Virus record (IMG/VR): IMGVR_UViG_3300013121_000046
Reading direction: 5' to 3' (one strand)
Source: a virus
Taxonomy: Duplodnaviria; Caudoviricetes
DNA length: 64,000 nucleotides
Of the stretch, positions 19,667-27,673 are shown one piece after another. Made by a program: the position numbers and the translations under genes. The notes under the pieces were generated by a model. The model did not search any database. It saw only the letters and a program-made list of their open reading frames with translations, and had not been told where the DNA came from. The first letter of the stretch is position 1. Each line of letters starts with the position of its first letter.

Positions 19667-20421
19667 TACATCATCCCATAGGAAGAAATTCTGTTAACCC
19701 GCATTCCCCGCCATTTACCCGTGAGACCGTTTGGCCCATAAAATCCTAAACCAAAAGAACTAAACGCTGTATAGGCCGGAGTTGGTAGAGCTAGAGCCGC
19801 TTGCCTCTTAGCTCCCTCAGCTAACCGTATAAATAAGTCTTTGTACCAGTCAATTTGACTCTGAGCCTGACTTTTTCCCGCTTCTGCATCAGCCCAAATG
19901 TAACTATCTAACCACAAACCCGAGTCACTTAGCAATCTACCAAAAGCCTTAGTCACTGTTCCAGCGACTAAGGCACCATCAAATGTAGCCGGCACTTCAT
20001 CAATACCGTTATAGGAAGTAACTTGGTGTCCCCCATCGGGAACGATCCCATTTATCTCATACATTGTAGCTATCATTAACTGATATAAATCCGAGGCCGG
20101 GAATAAGTTTGCTTCATAAGAAATAAAGTAATCCCCACTTGCTGTATCATCCGTCGCTATAGTTATTTTTCCAGCCGCAGGAGTCACCGTGTAGTTACTT
20201 GGATCAATCAAATTATTGTAGGCGTCATAAACCTCAAAATACCCATCAGTATTAATAGGCTTATAACTCACATAAAAATCCCCACCAGGACCCCTACGAA
20301 CATGCTCATCCCAAAGGGGTAACTGCCTAAAATTATGCAGGATTGCATCTATGGGGCCGTCAATAAGGCCATTAGCCTTGGCAGAACCGGTCTGAGCCGC
20401 ATCTGCTGAAGTAACAACCAT
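19666..20421 (-). CDS. putative head-tail connector (neck) protein
   Basis: Helical adaptor-like C-terminal half preceded by a short beta insert (NYTVTPAAGKIT); position in neck region. Confidence 0.5.
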   Translation of the reverse strand: MVVTSADAAQTGSAKANGLIDGPIDAILHNFRQLPLWDEHVRRGPGGDFYVSYKPINTDGYFEVYDAYNNLIDPSNYTVTPAAGKITIATDDTASGDYFISYEANLFPASDLYQLMIATMYEINGIVPDGGHQVTSYNGIDEVPATFDGALVAGTVTKAFGRLLSDSGLWLDSYIWADAEAGKSQAQSQIDWYKDLFIRLAEGAKRQAALALPTPAYTAFSSFGLGFYGPNGLTGKWRGMRVNRISSYGMM

Positions 20422-20476
20422 AGCAAAACCCCAAAAGGAACTGTCTCTAAATCCCCTGTAAACCGGATCATTTAGA

Positions 20477-21652
20477 TTATTCCTTAGAACTTAAAAATCG
20501 AGTCCAAACCCTCCCTAAATCATCAATTTCAGGATAAACTAAAATCCGATTGTCTAAAAACTTACATCTCTCTGGGATGATACCTAAAACAAGAGGCTTT
20601 ATTCCTGATCTCTGAACCACCATATTCGCAGCTACGGAGACTGTTGTGCTGGTAGGATACCCCAAAGATTGAATCCATCTATTAGACCAGGAGAATCGAA
20701 TTCGATCTAACTCCCTTACGTACCCCATTAAAAACTCTGAGGAGAGTAATTTCTTTTGAGTAAAATACCCTAGTACCGGTACCTGTTCTACACATTGACG
20801 CTGCATATCGACGAGAGTCGTAGGGGAAGCTGGGATAACTTCCTGAGTAGTAAACAAAATATGTTTAGTCTGGCAAGCTACTAAAGAATGATCGAAAGCC
20901 GTAAATCTCTCATTCCCCACTTGAGCCTGCACTTGAGAAATACTTATTTTGGTATCTCTCAATTCCTCTAAGGCTTCCGAACTAACACCTTTCGAGCTTA
21001 CATATCTAATATCCAGATGCACAGGAACGGTCTGCTTTTCCCATAGAGATTTCAGTATTCTTAGCCGATCACAGTTCAGTCGATCAAAAAATATTGATAC
21101 CGTCACTTCATCAAATCGAGACCTAAGCCAAATTGGGGGGTCTAAAAAATCCGCATCTACATTAATCTGAGAACCCGAGTCTTGTACAATTTTATCAGTA
21201 TCTCCCGGGGTTCTCCAACCCCGTAGACCTGCCCTCCGTACCCAATCCGCAAAAACTACGGCTAAATCCGGTGAGACTAAAAAATTACCTACTTCCCGGA
21301 GCGTCTGCTTCCTAAAATAGGTCCCAAAAATCTTCTTTCGATCCTGTGTTTGAACCCCCAATCGAATATCCTGTGACCAGCCTTTCTCAAGTTCAACCAG
21401 ACTTTTTACGCGCCGAAGCGTTGTTGAATCCAGTATTAAAATATCATCACTCACCTTTTGTAAAATCACATTGAACCAAGCGGCCCAAGGCTCATCCTTA
21501 CTCTTTAGGTAGCTTGAGAATTTACCTCTCTGAACCGCCACCCGAACTTCCTGAGTCAAAATCACATGCAGATCAATCCCTAATAGACTGGTCTCTTTCC
21601 AAACTTCCTCAATATCTGCTGCGTCATCAGAGCAAAGAATTACAGTTGCCAC
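20477..21652 (-). CDS. divergent GT2/GT-A glycosyltransferase-like protein (two domains)
   Basis: FN......DDILILDS and DWVRRAGLRGWR match GT2 patterns; DxD not intact. Confidence 0.5.
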   Translation of the reverse strand: MATVILCSDDAADIEEVWKETSLLGIDLHVILTQEVRVAVQRGKFSSYLKSKDEPWAAWFNVILQKVSDDILILDSTTLRRVKSLVELEKGWSQDIRLGVQTQDRKKIFGTYFRKQTLREVGNFLVSPDLAVVFADWVRRAGLRGWRTPGDTDKIVQDSGSQINVDADFLDPPIWLRSRFDEVTVSIFFDRLNCDRLRILKSLWEKQTVPVHLDIRYVSSKGVSSEALEELRDTKISISQVQAQVGNERFTAFDHSLVACQTKHILFTTQEVIPASPTTLVDMQRQCVEQVPVLGYFTQKKLLSSEFLMGYVRELDRIRFSWSNRWIQSLGYPTSTTVSVAANMVVQRSGIKPLVLGIIPERCKFLDNRILVYPEIDDLGRVWTRFLSSKE

Positions 21653-21930
21653 TTATTACTCCCCTTCTTTGGGCTAAAAATTTTCCAGTACAGTCTCTTA
21701 GCTATTTCAGACTTCTCAATTGTACACTCCGCCTCCGGCCACCGTCCTCTTAATATTTGCCCCGCGTACATCACAGCAGCCAACGGGTGTTGCTGAATTG
21801 CAAACAGTACTTTTGTATCTACCTCTTCCCACCTAAAACCCATCTTTCTGGCACACTCTACTGCCATTAGTGGGTCGAGTATATATTTATTGTGCCTCTT
21901 AATCCGTATTTCTTCTGAATTCATGTGCAT
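21640..21930 (-). CDS. hypothetical phage protein (YA..ILRGRWPEAE repeat type)
   Basis: Start moved to MHMNSEE because the longer ORF start runs through a terminator hairpin. Confidence 0.55.
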   Translation of the reverse strand: MHMNSEEIRIKRHNKYILDPLMAVECARKMGFRWEEVDTKVLFAIQQHPLAAVMYAGQILRGRWPEAECTIEKSEIAKRLYWKIFSPKKGSNKWQL

Positions 21931-21954
21931 AAAAAAAGGCCCCCTAAGGGACCT
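21931..21954 (-). terminator. probable intrinsic terminator
   Basis: AGGCCCC/GGGACCT imperfect hairpin plus U7 on the minus strand. Confidence 0.55.
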
Positions 21955-21983
21955 AGAACTCAAAGGACAGTCTTAATAGTTCT

Positions 21984-22337
21984 TTAACCACCCAATGATG
22001 GCTTCCTATTGAACTTACTGTTAGGGTCGTAAGGACCTCCCGGAGTAGGATTCCTAACCCTTGTCCCCTCCGGTACAGGTGCGGGAGCAAAGTTATCCCA
22101 TTGAGTCTTAGCCAATCTGGAACTCCGTTCCTCTAAGGCTTTGGCTTTTCTTCGACCAATTTTAGTCGAGGACACCCCAGGACCCCTAGCGGAGAGACCA
22201 AACCTCAGAGTAGCCCAATCAATCTGCAACGAACCTCGACAATTTGGGCAAGACTCATTACCCTCTTCACCAGGTTCAAGGTAAAAGTCCTGGTGAAAAT
22301 CACATTGACCACATTTCAAACCGATGCACCGTTTCAT
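21984..22337 (-). CDS. zinc-ribbon protein (FmdB-like)
   Basis: CGQC...CPNC N-terminal pair. Confidence 0.65.
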   Translation of the reverse strand: MKRCIGLKCGQCDFHQDFYLEPGEEGNESCPNCRGSLQIDWATLRFGLSARGPGVSSTKIGRRKAKALEERSSRLAKTQWDNFAPAPVPEGTRVRNPTPGGPYDPNSKFNRKPSLGG

Positions 22338-23008
22338 TTTGTCTGTATCCGTACCTTAGCCCGAGCCACTGCTGCTTGTTCTTGTATTTCTCGATCCGTG
22401 AGAACCCGCTCATCCGCCGGTTTGCCAGCAATACGTGCTACTATCTGCCCCTGGACTTCCGGATCAACAGCAGAATTTACCCGGATATCTCCAACTTTTT
22501 CTGGTACCCCTAAGGTGTATGTACCATCAGCAGATCTACGTGAAATTTCTTCTAATCTGTCCCCTCCATGATCTCGTATAAACTCCTTCTTTTGCTCAGG
22601 AGTTAAGTTGAACAGACTCACTTCTGTTAGACTTGGCTCCTGATTTTCCTCTCTCTTAACCCTAACCTCATCCGCTACCATTGCTTTCTTACTAACAACT
22701 TCTTCCTGGCTAACTGGCATAAAAGGAGAGTTTTTAGCGTTCAAAAAAATCATAAAACTTCCCAAAATGTCATACTTCTTACCTCTAATCCTAACATATT
22801 CATTGTCTGCATATATCAGAGTCTCACCCTCGGTCAGTTTAGTTCGGATATCCCCTAGATAAACATCCCGAATAACCTGATAGACTTGAGTTGCCTCAGA
22901 CTTTTCCACTCCTCCCAAAGGCTTAGAGTGTAAGTTAGCCATCAAGGTGTTGTATAAATCTTCCGGGATTATCCGGTATCCCGGTGGGACTGAAAAATTT
23001 TCACTCAT
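22334..23008 (-). CDS. hypothetical protein
   Basis: 224-aa ORF with AGGA RBS; ATGA-coupled to the next gene. Confidence 0.65.
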   Translation of the reverse strand: MSENFSVPPGYRIIPEDLYNTLMANLHSKPLGGVEKSEATQVYQVIRDVYLGDIRTKLTEGETLIYADNEYVRIRGKKYDILGSFMIFLNAKNSPFMPVSQEEVVSKKAMVADEVRVKREENQEPSLTEVSLFNLTPEQKKEFIRDHGGDRLEEISRRSADGTYTLGVPEKVGDIRVNSAVDPEVQGQIVARIAGKPADERVLTDREIQEQAAVARAKVRIQTK

Positions 23009-23070
23009 TGGTATTCCTTAGATTTAAGCACAAAAAACCCCATATCCCATATCCACCGAATGATTATCTA

Positions 23071-23907
23071 TTAGAATCCATTCGGTAAAGCATTGAAGTA
23101 CTTACTCAACAACTGAAGTAAGCAGACCGTTGCCTCTGTCCTACGTTGAGGCGGGGGAGGCTTAATAGGCTTGCCTGGTACCCACTCTCGTTTATCCCAT
23201 TTCCACGCCCCAGCCGTAGCAGCATATGAATAATGCAACACTGGAGCAGAAACTGTAGCTGAGTTAGGAAAAAAACAAGTCTCAGCAAGCTCATGCTTCA
23301 AACCCAACTCAGCGGCTGCCAGAGTATACCCCCACATCTCTGCTACCCAGTTTACCTCTATCTTAGAGGCTCGGTGATTTCTTATCGCCCTAGTCTTTGT
23401 CAACCACTCGCCAGCCACCTTTTCCAGGTCCAACCTGTGAATGACCAGAGGGACCGCCACAGGCTGCACCTGGGGCGGATTCATACAGAATCTCGATACT
23501 ATGTCCGGATGATCCTTTGGCTCCATAAACCAGCTATGGTGGCCCCAAGGATGGCCCTCTTGGGCTTCCCGCTCAATGGGTTGGATAAAGGCACAGTCAG
23601 GATCTACAATTAAAATTGTCTCTTCAGAGATATCTGCCTTCACCACCCACTCCATGATACCCCCAGGCTTATTGTACGGTGGGTAGAAATCCTTAGACTT
23701 GGGGTCAGGATTATAGGACCCTACCAGAAAGGTAGGTATCTCATCTGAAAGCTTATCGTGCTTGTTAGAATGAAGAAGCCGAGTAATTTTACCGGGCTGC
23801 TTCACATCACGATGAGTCCAATAGAGAAGCTGCGACTGCCAATTCAGGTAGTCCGTGGACTCGGCAGAAAAAATAGTGTGTATCATAGTGTCTGCACTAT
23901 GATACAC
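23071..23907 (-). CDS. peptidyl-serine galactosyltransferase / hydroxyproline O-arabinosyltransferase-like glycosyltransferase (SERGT1/HPAT-like)
   Basis: HTIFS..YLNWQ, QPGKITRLL, YPPYNKP, DPD (DxD), WVAEMWGYTLAAAELGLKH and LHY motifs; probable start at the MIHTIFS ATG. Confidence 0.8.
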   Translation of the reverse strand: MYHSADTMIHTIFSAESTDYLNWQSQLLYWTHRDVKQPGKITRLLHSNKHDKLSDEIPTFLVGSYNPDPKSKDFYPPYNKPGGIMEWVVKADISEETILIVDPDCAFIQPIEREAQEGHPWGHHSWFMEPKDHPDIVSRFCMNPPQVQPVAVPLVIHRLDLEKVAGEWLTKTRAIRNHRASKIEVNWVAEMWGYTLAAAELGLKHELAETCFFPNSATVSAPVLHYSYAATAGAWKWDKREWVPGKPIKPPPPQRRTEATVCLLQLLSKYFNALPNGF

Positions 23908-24067
23908 CAGACGAACTAGTCTCCCCAGAAATAATTTAATCCCGACCTAAAAAACCAGGGAAACCACCGCAGAAAAATTTCTATTCCCCCAAAACCATAG
24001 AAGATTCAAAGCCAAGAGTAACAATCCCCGTAAGACTCTCTGTTCCTTACCCATAAACTTACCAGCA

Positions 24068-24460
24068 TTACTCTCCGTTAGTTCTACCCCAAACGTCGGA
24101 CATAACCTTCTTCGCAATCAAGGTTCGATCCTCTTTACTCATACCCCCATCGTGACTCAAAACCTTTAACAGTCTTGATAGAGCAATACTTCGGCCCTTT
24201 CGCCGAGTGAATCTATCTAACAGTGGGTTGCAGACCGCCTGACAGACAATCAGCCTGTCTCTGTAATTACACTCAACCACTGTTCGACGACAAAAAATTG
24301 CCTTTCCATTCGCATCTTGAAGTGGCAGAGTCGTGGTAACCGTATCGTAGAAAACCTTAACCTTTACCTCCTCACCCGAGGACAACTTCACAAACATTTC
24401 TTCTTTACCTTTTTTGCTTAAAGATTTTGCTTTGAGTAACTCAAGAACCCCAAACTCCAA
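24068..24460 (-). CDS. hypothetical phage protein (A.C...D.F....G..IA..R type)
   Basis: AVCNPLLDRFTRRKGRSIALSR motif recurrent in small phage proteins. Confidence 0.55.
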   Translation of the reverse strand: MEFGVLELLKAKSLSKKGKEEMFVKLSSGEEVKVKVFYDTVTTTLPLQDANGKAIFCRRTVVECNYRDRLIVCQAVCNPLLDRFTRRKGRSIALSRLLKVLSHDGGMSKEDRTLIAKKVMSDVWGRTNGE

Positions 24461-24482
24461 CCCCAGCAGTACCTCTGTAGAA

Positions 24483-25268
24483 TTATACCTCAGAATTTTG
24501 CATTGTAATTGCCGTCTTCTTAGGCCTACCTCCGGATTTTCGGAACTTCACTTGTCGCTTCAAAAAAGCTAAGTAGAGAGTGTGGTCAGGTACCTTAACC
24601 TGCTTCGATATTTTTCGCAGACTAAGCCCTTGTTTGTACAGTACCTCAGCCTCATCTATGGCTGCTTCTCTTCTCTCCGCCTGCATAACAGAGATGGAAG
24701 TACCCTGTTCACGAAGACTTCGAGACAAGACCCCACGCGAAACTTTAAGGTTTTCGCGAATCTCACTCCCAGAGAGGCCCGCATTAATGGCTCTCCGTAC
24801 ATCTTCCTGGGGGATAACCCTCCCCTGAACACACTTACTGTTGCATCTTCGAGGTACTGAATTCCGTCGGAGAGCCCTAGAAACAATATCTGGGGTTATC
24901 CCTAACTCAAACTGGATTTCCTTCCAGGAAGCACCACGCTGGTACAGAGCGATGATCTTAACTTCCTGTTCTGAGGGTGGCTTTCTCTGTCTCTTCGGAG
25001 TAAAATCATTTCTCTGCTGAACCAGAGCTACCAAATATTCGGACACGCCCAGTTTGGCAGAAATTTTCTCCCTAGAGAGTCCCTCTCGACTCAACCTCAG
25101 TATTTCTGCATCCTTATCCTGGCTTTTTCCAGATCTTTCCCTCAGTGGCACCTTAAGATCCAGAAGGTATTTCCTGACCGTACTGGGATGAATCCCTAGA
25201 ATCTTAGCCACGTTGCTCTGGGTATAGCCACTCAAGTAAAGTTGTACAAGCCGACTCAAATCTTTCAT
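24483..25268 (-). CDS. multi-HTH repeat DNA-binding protein
   Basis: About five tandem HTH units (LYLSGYTQSNVAKILG, LSREGLSREKISAKLG, LYQRGASWKEIQFELG, INAGLSGSEIRENLK, LYKQGLSLRKISKQVK). Confidence 0.8.
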   Translation of the reverse strand: MKDLSRLVQLYLSGYTQSNVAKILGIHPSTVRKYLLDLKVPLRERSGKSQDKDAEILRLSREGLSREKISAKLGVSEYLVALVQQRNDFTPKRQRKPPSEQEVKIIALYQRGASWKEIQFELGITPDIVSRALRRNSVPRRCNSKCVQGRVIPQEDVRRAINAGLSGSEIRENLKVSRGVLSRSLREQGTSISVMQAERREAAIDEAEVLYKQGLSLRKISKQVKVPDHTLYLAFLKRQVKFRKSGGRPKKTAITMQNSEV

Positions 25269-25377
25269 CAGGAACTAGCTCCGCTGGGAAAACTAAGTAC
25301 TCCCAGCTATCTCCGTAGCTTTTTAAGAGGCTTTCAAGTATCTGCGATCTTTTTACTGAAATATTCTCCAGAGTATT

Positions 25378-25505
25378 ATGCAGCTAAGCCGCTGCCACCC
25401 ACCATTCCTCAGCTTCGACTAACAGTGCCACATATGTGAAACAGAACATCGGAATATACTTCCGAAACTGATTCTAGTGGGCTGTGGCAGCAAGCCTAGC
25501 TACAC
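25378..25505 (-). ncRNA. candidate structured RNA (128-nt rod-like hairpin)
   Basis: Long imperfect inverted repeat whose mismatches resolve as about six G-U pairs only on the minus strand. Confidence 0.5.
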
Positions 25506-25559
25506 GTAAAATCAACATAAAAATCAGGCGGTAAGAAGCCAAAGGGACAGCAAAATGCT

Positions 25560-25997
25560 CTACGAACTTGCCTCTCCCTCGCCTTCCGCACCTTCCTCAC
25601 CTTCCAAGCAAAGCACCCCGACTGGCAACTCCATAGGAAAATGCCAATCTTCTGGGATCATCACGACCCCAGCCCCCTGGGGAACGGGAGCAAAGTCACC
25701 CGATTCTTGACTCAACGGAAACACGGGAATCTCGGGGATAAGCTGCACCACTGAGGCCCCCACTCGGGGGGTTCTACTAACGCGACTCCCCGCCAAAAGG
25801 GTGATATTCGATACCGAATCCTTGGCTACCGAGTGGGGCTCACCGGCTGAACCATCCTCCTGAATGAGGGCGACTCGGGCCGTATGCTGTGAACCCATTC
25901 GGATGAGGTAGTAGGGGCGAGCATCCCCGGCCACCATACATGTCCGATTCAACTGTGGATTTCGCTTGGCTCCCATGTGTCTTTCTCCAGCAGGCAT
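25560..25997 (-). CDS. hypothetical protein
   Basis: 145-aa ORF downstream of a terminator and a shared promoter-like motif. Confidence 0.6.
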   Translation of the reverse strand: MPAGERHMGAKRNPQLNRTCMVAGDARPYYLIRMGSQHTARVALIQEDGSAGEPHSVAKDSVSNITLLAGSRVSRTPRVGASVVQLIPEIPVFPLSQESGDFAPVPQGAGVVMIPEDWHFPMELPVGVLCLEGEEGAEGEGEASS

Positions 25998-26024
25998 TAG
26001 AAAAGTTACCTAAGAACAACATAC

Positions 26025-26035
26025 TATACCCAAAA
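26025..26035 (-). promoter_or_regulatory. partial copy of shared upstream motif (TTTTGGGTATA)
   Basis: Similar to the 16-mers at 33885 and 36491; 28 nt upstream of a start codon. Confidence 0.4.
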
Positions 26036-26074
26036 GAAACCTAACTCCGACAAAAATACTTGTCCTTTGACAAA

Positions 26075-26114
26075 AAAATCTCTTACCCCCCTGAATAGGG
26101 GGGTAAGAGATTTT
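26075..26114 (-). terminator. strong intrinsic terminator closing the cytochrome/protease operon
   Basis: Perfect 18-bp stem AAAATCTCTTACCCCCCT/AGGGGGGTAAGAGATTTT with U-tail. Confidence 0.85.
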
Positions 26115-26142
26115 CAAAGTAACGTACTGTCGGAAAAGAAGC

Positions 26143-26496
26143 CTAGAAACCAAAGTTTCTCTGCACATTAACCTGTCGAGAGAAACTCCGCACTGGCCGA
26201 TTGAACACTCTTTGTCGAATTATCTGCTGCTGCACAATCTGCGGTTGTGCAACTAAAAGCTGCTGCTGGTATACCGGTTGACCCACAGCAAAAGGTAAAA
26301 ACTGCTGTTGAATCACCGGTGGTTGGTAGGTAACCACCGGAGCAGCCTGGGGCAGAAAGAAAGTCGTAGCAACCGGGCTCGGAACAAAAGTCCCAAAAGA
26401 CCGAACTTGGAGACTTGAGGCACAATTCCCAGCCTCTGCCACCGTAGGCAGCAACAAGACAACCCCAACCACAAAAGGAGCAACTACGTTCTTCAT
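26143..26496 (-). CDS. small secreted Gln/Val-rich low-complexity protein
   Basis: Signal peptide ending AEA; QQQ-rich body. Confidence 0.65.
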   Translation of the reverse strand: MKNVVAPFVVGVVLLLPTVAEAGNCASSLQVRSFGTFVPSPVATTFFLPQAAPVVTYQPPVIQQQFLPFAVGQPVYQQQLLVAQPQIVQQQIIRQRVFNRPVRSFSRQVNVQRNFGF

Positions 26497-26505
26497 GGTA
26501 CACCT

Positions 26506-27666
26506 CTATTGGAAAAAGGTAAGGATGGATAACAATTCCGCTGGGGGTAAGGCTTGCCCGGGGGTTTTATCTGGACCTAAAGGCATTCTTTTGGCTACAT
26601 CTGGATTAGTTACAGCCAAAACTATTTTCTTTCCCCACTCATTCCGTTGCTCCACTCCCCAGGAAGCCACCTCAGATAAATCTAAAGCCCCCGAAGCATT
26701 TTCTTTCGAGTGGCAAACCACACACCTATTTATAATTACCTGGGGTGCCACAGCCACTAACTGTGAACCCATAGCTGCTAACTGAGGGTCACCGATAGTT
26801 GTAGAACTATAGCTAGAGGATGAAGTTATTCCATAGGGTTGGACTGTAACCTCTCCCTGAGGTGAGACAGTACCTGAAAGAACAAAAGTTCTAGGTTGAG
26901 CCGACGGTGTAAGGTCTCCCTTTGCTGCAATCAGAACTTTCGCCGCCGCGTCTGCCTGAGCTAATATCTTGGCAATCTCCGCCTGATGGGTACCGTGATC
27001 GGTAATTAGTGCTGAAAAATCTACCGCAGCTTGACCAGCTAAAGTCTGAGCTTGTGTCGCTAATCGGGAGGCCTGGTTATACAAAGAGGCCAAATCAACA
27101 TTCCCATAATTCGAGGAAAATTGATTAAAACCATACACAGTATTTCCCTGAGCAGCAAAAGGCTGATAGCCAGTCATCCCAGGAATACCCAACTGATTTA
27201 AGAGAGGGGCCCCCAAATTTGGATTCGTGGCACCATACTCCCCAGCACCAGAAGCATAGGTAGGAGTTGATCCGTATCCGGACCAAGAGAAATTCCCCTC
27301 CAACCCTAAAGCTCGAATACTTTCGATAAACTCGTTCTGCTCATTAGCACTTTCCCGAAGTCTTGCTTCAGCCCTATCCCTAGCCGCCACTAAATTAAGT
27401 AGTGTTGTTCGCCACCCCTCAGTACCCGGCGTATAGGAATCTACTCTGGCAAATTGGCGATAAGTGTAGGGATGATTACAAGTCCCCCGACAGCCACAGG
27501 TTCGATACCGCTTATAGTACCAACCATCATTTGTGGTGTAATCTGTTTTTTGGAACAGACCATTCCCCATTGGAACGTAGTACCAGCCCTCTGCTTTAAC
27601 CGGACTAAAACTCAGGGACAAAAACAGGACAAAAAATAGAATCTTGTGCAACATGATTGCTCTCAT
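26506..27666 (-). CDS. exported protein with C-terminal Planctomycete-type cytochrome c domain
   Basis: Signal peptide ending VKA; CVVCH heme motif followed by GALDLS and RMP (candidate axial Met). Confidence 0.75.
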   Translation of the reverse strand: MRAIMLHKILFFVLFLSLSFSPVKAEGWYYVPMGNGLFQKTDYTTNDGWYYKRYRTCGCRGTCNHPYTYRQFARVDSYTPGTEGWRTTLLNLVAARDRAEARLRESANEQNEFIESIRALGLEGNFSWSGYGSTPTYASGAGEYGATNPNLGAPLLNQLGIPGMTGYQPFAAQGNTVYGFNQFSSNYGNVDLASLYNQASRLATQAQTLAGQAAVDFSALITDHGTHQAEIAKILAQADAAAKVLIAAKGDLTPSAQPRTFVLSGTVSPQGEVTVQPYGITSSSSYSSTTIGDPQLAAMGSQLVAVAPQVIINRCVVCHSKENASGALDLSEVASWGVEQRNEWGKKIVLAVTNPDVAKRMPLGPDKTPGQALPPAELLSILTFFQ

Positions 27667-27673
27667 TTTCAGC

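Noticed and set aside
23908-24067. Tiny minus-strand ORFs (20 aa and 35 aa) in the gap upstream of the glycosyltransferase gene
   Set aside because: Too short, with no motif support; cannot be distinguished from chance
25378-25505. Hammerhead ribozyme, SRP RNA or 6S RNA identity for the hairpin
   Set aside because: No CUGANGA/GAAA core, no SRP helix-8 motif, and shorter than a typical 6S RNA; left as an unclassified structure
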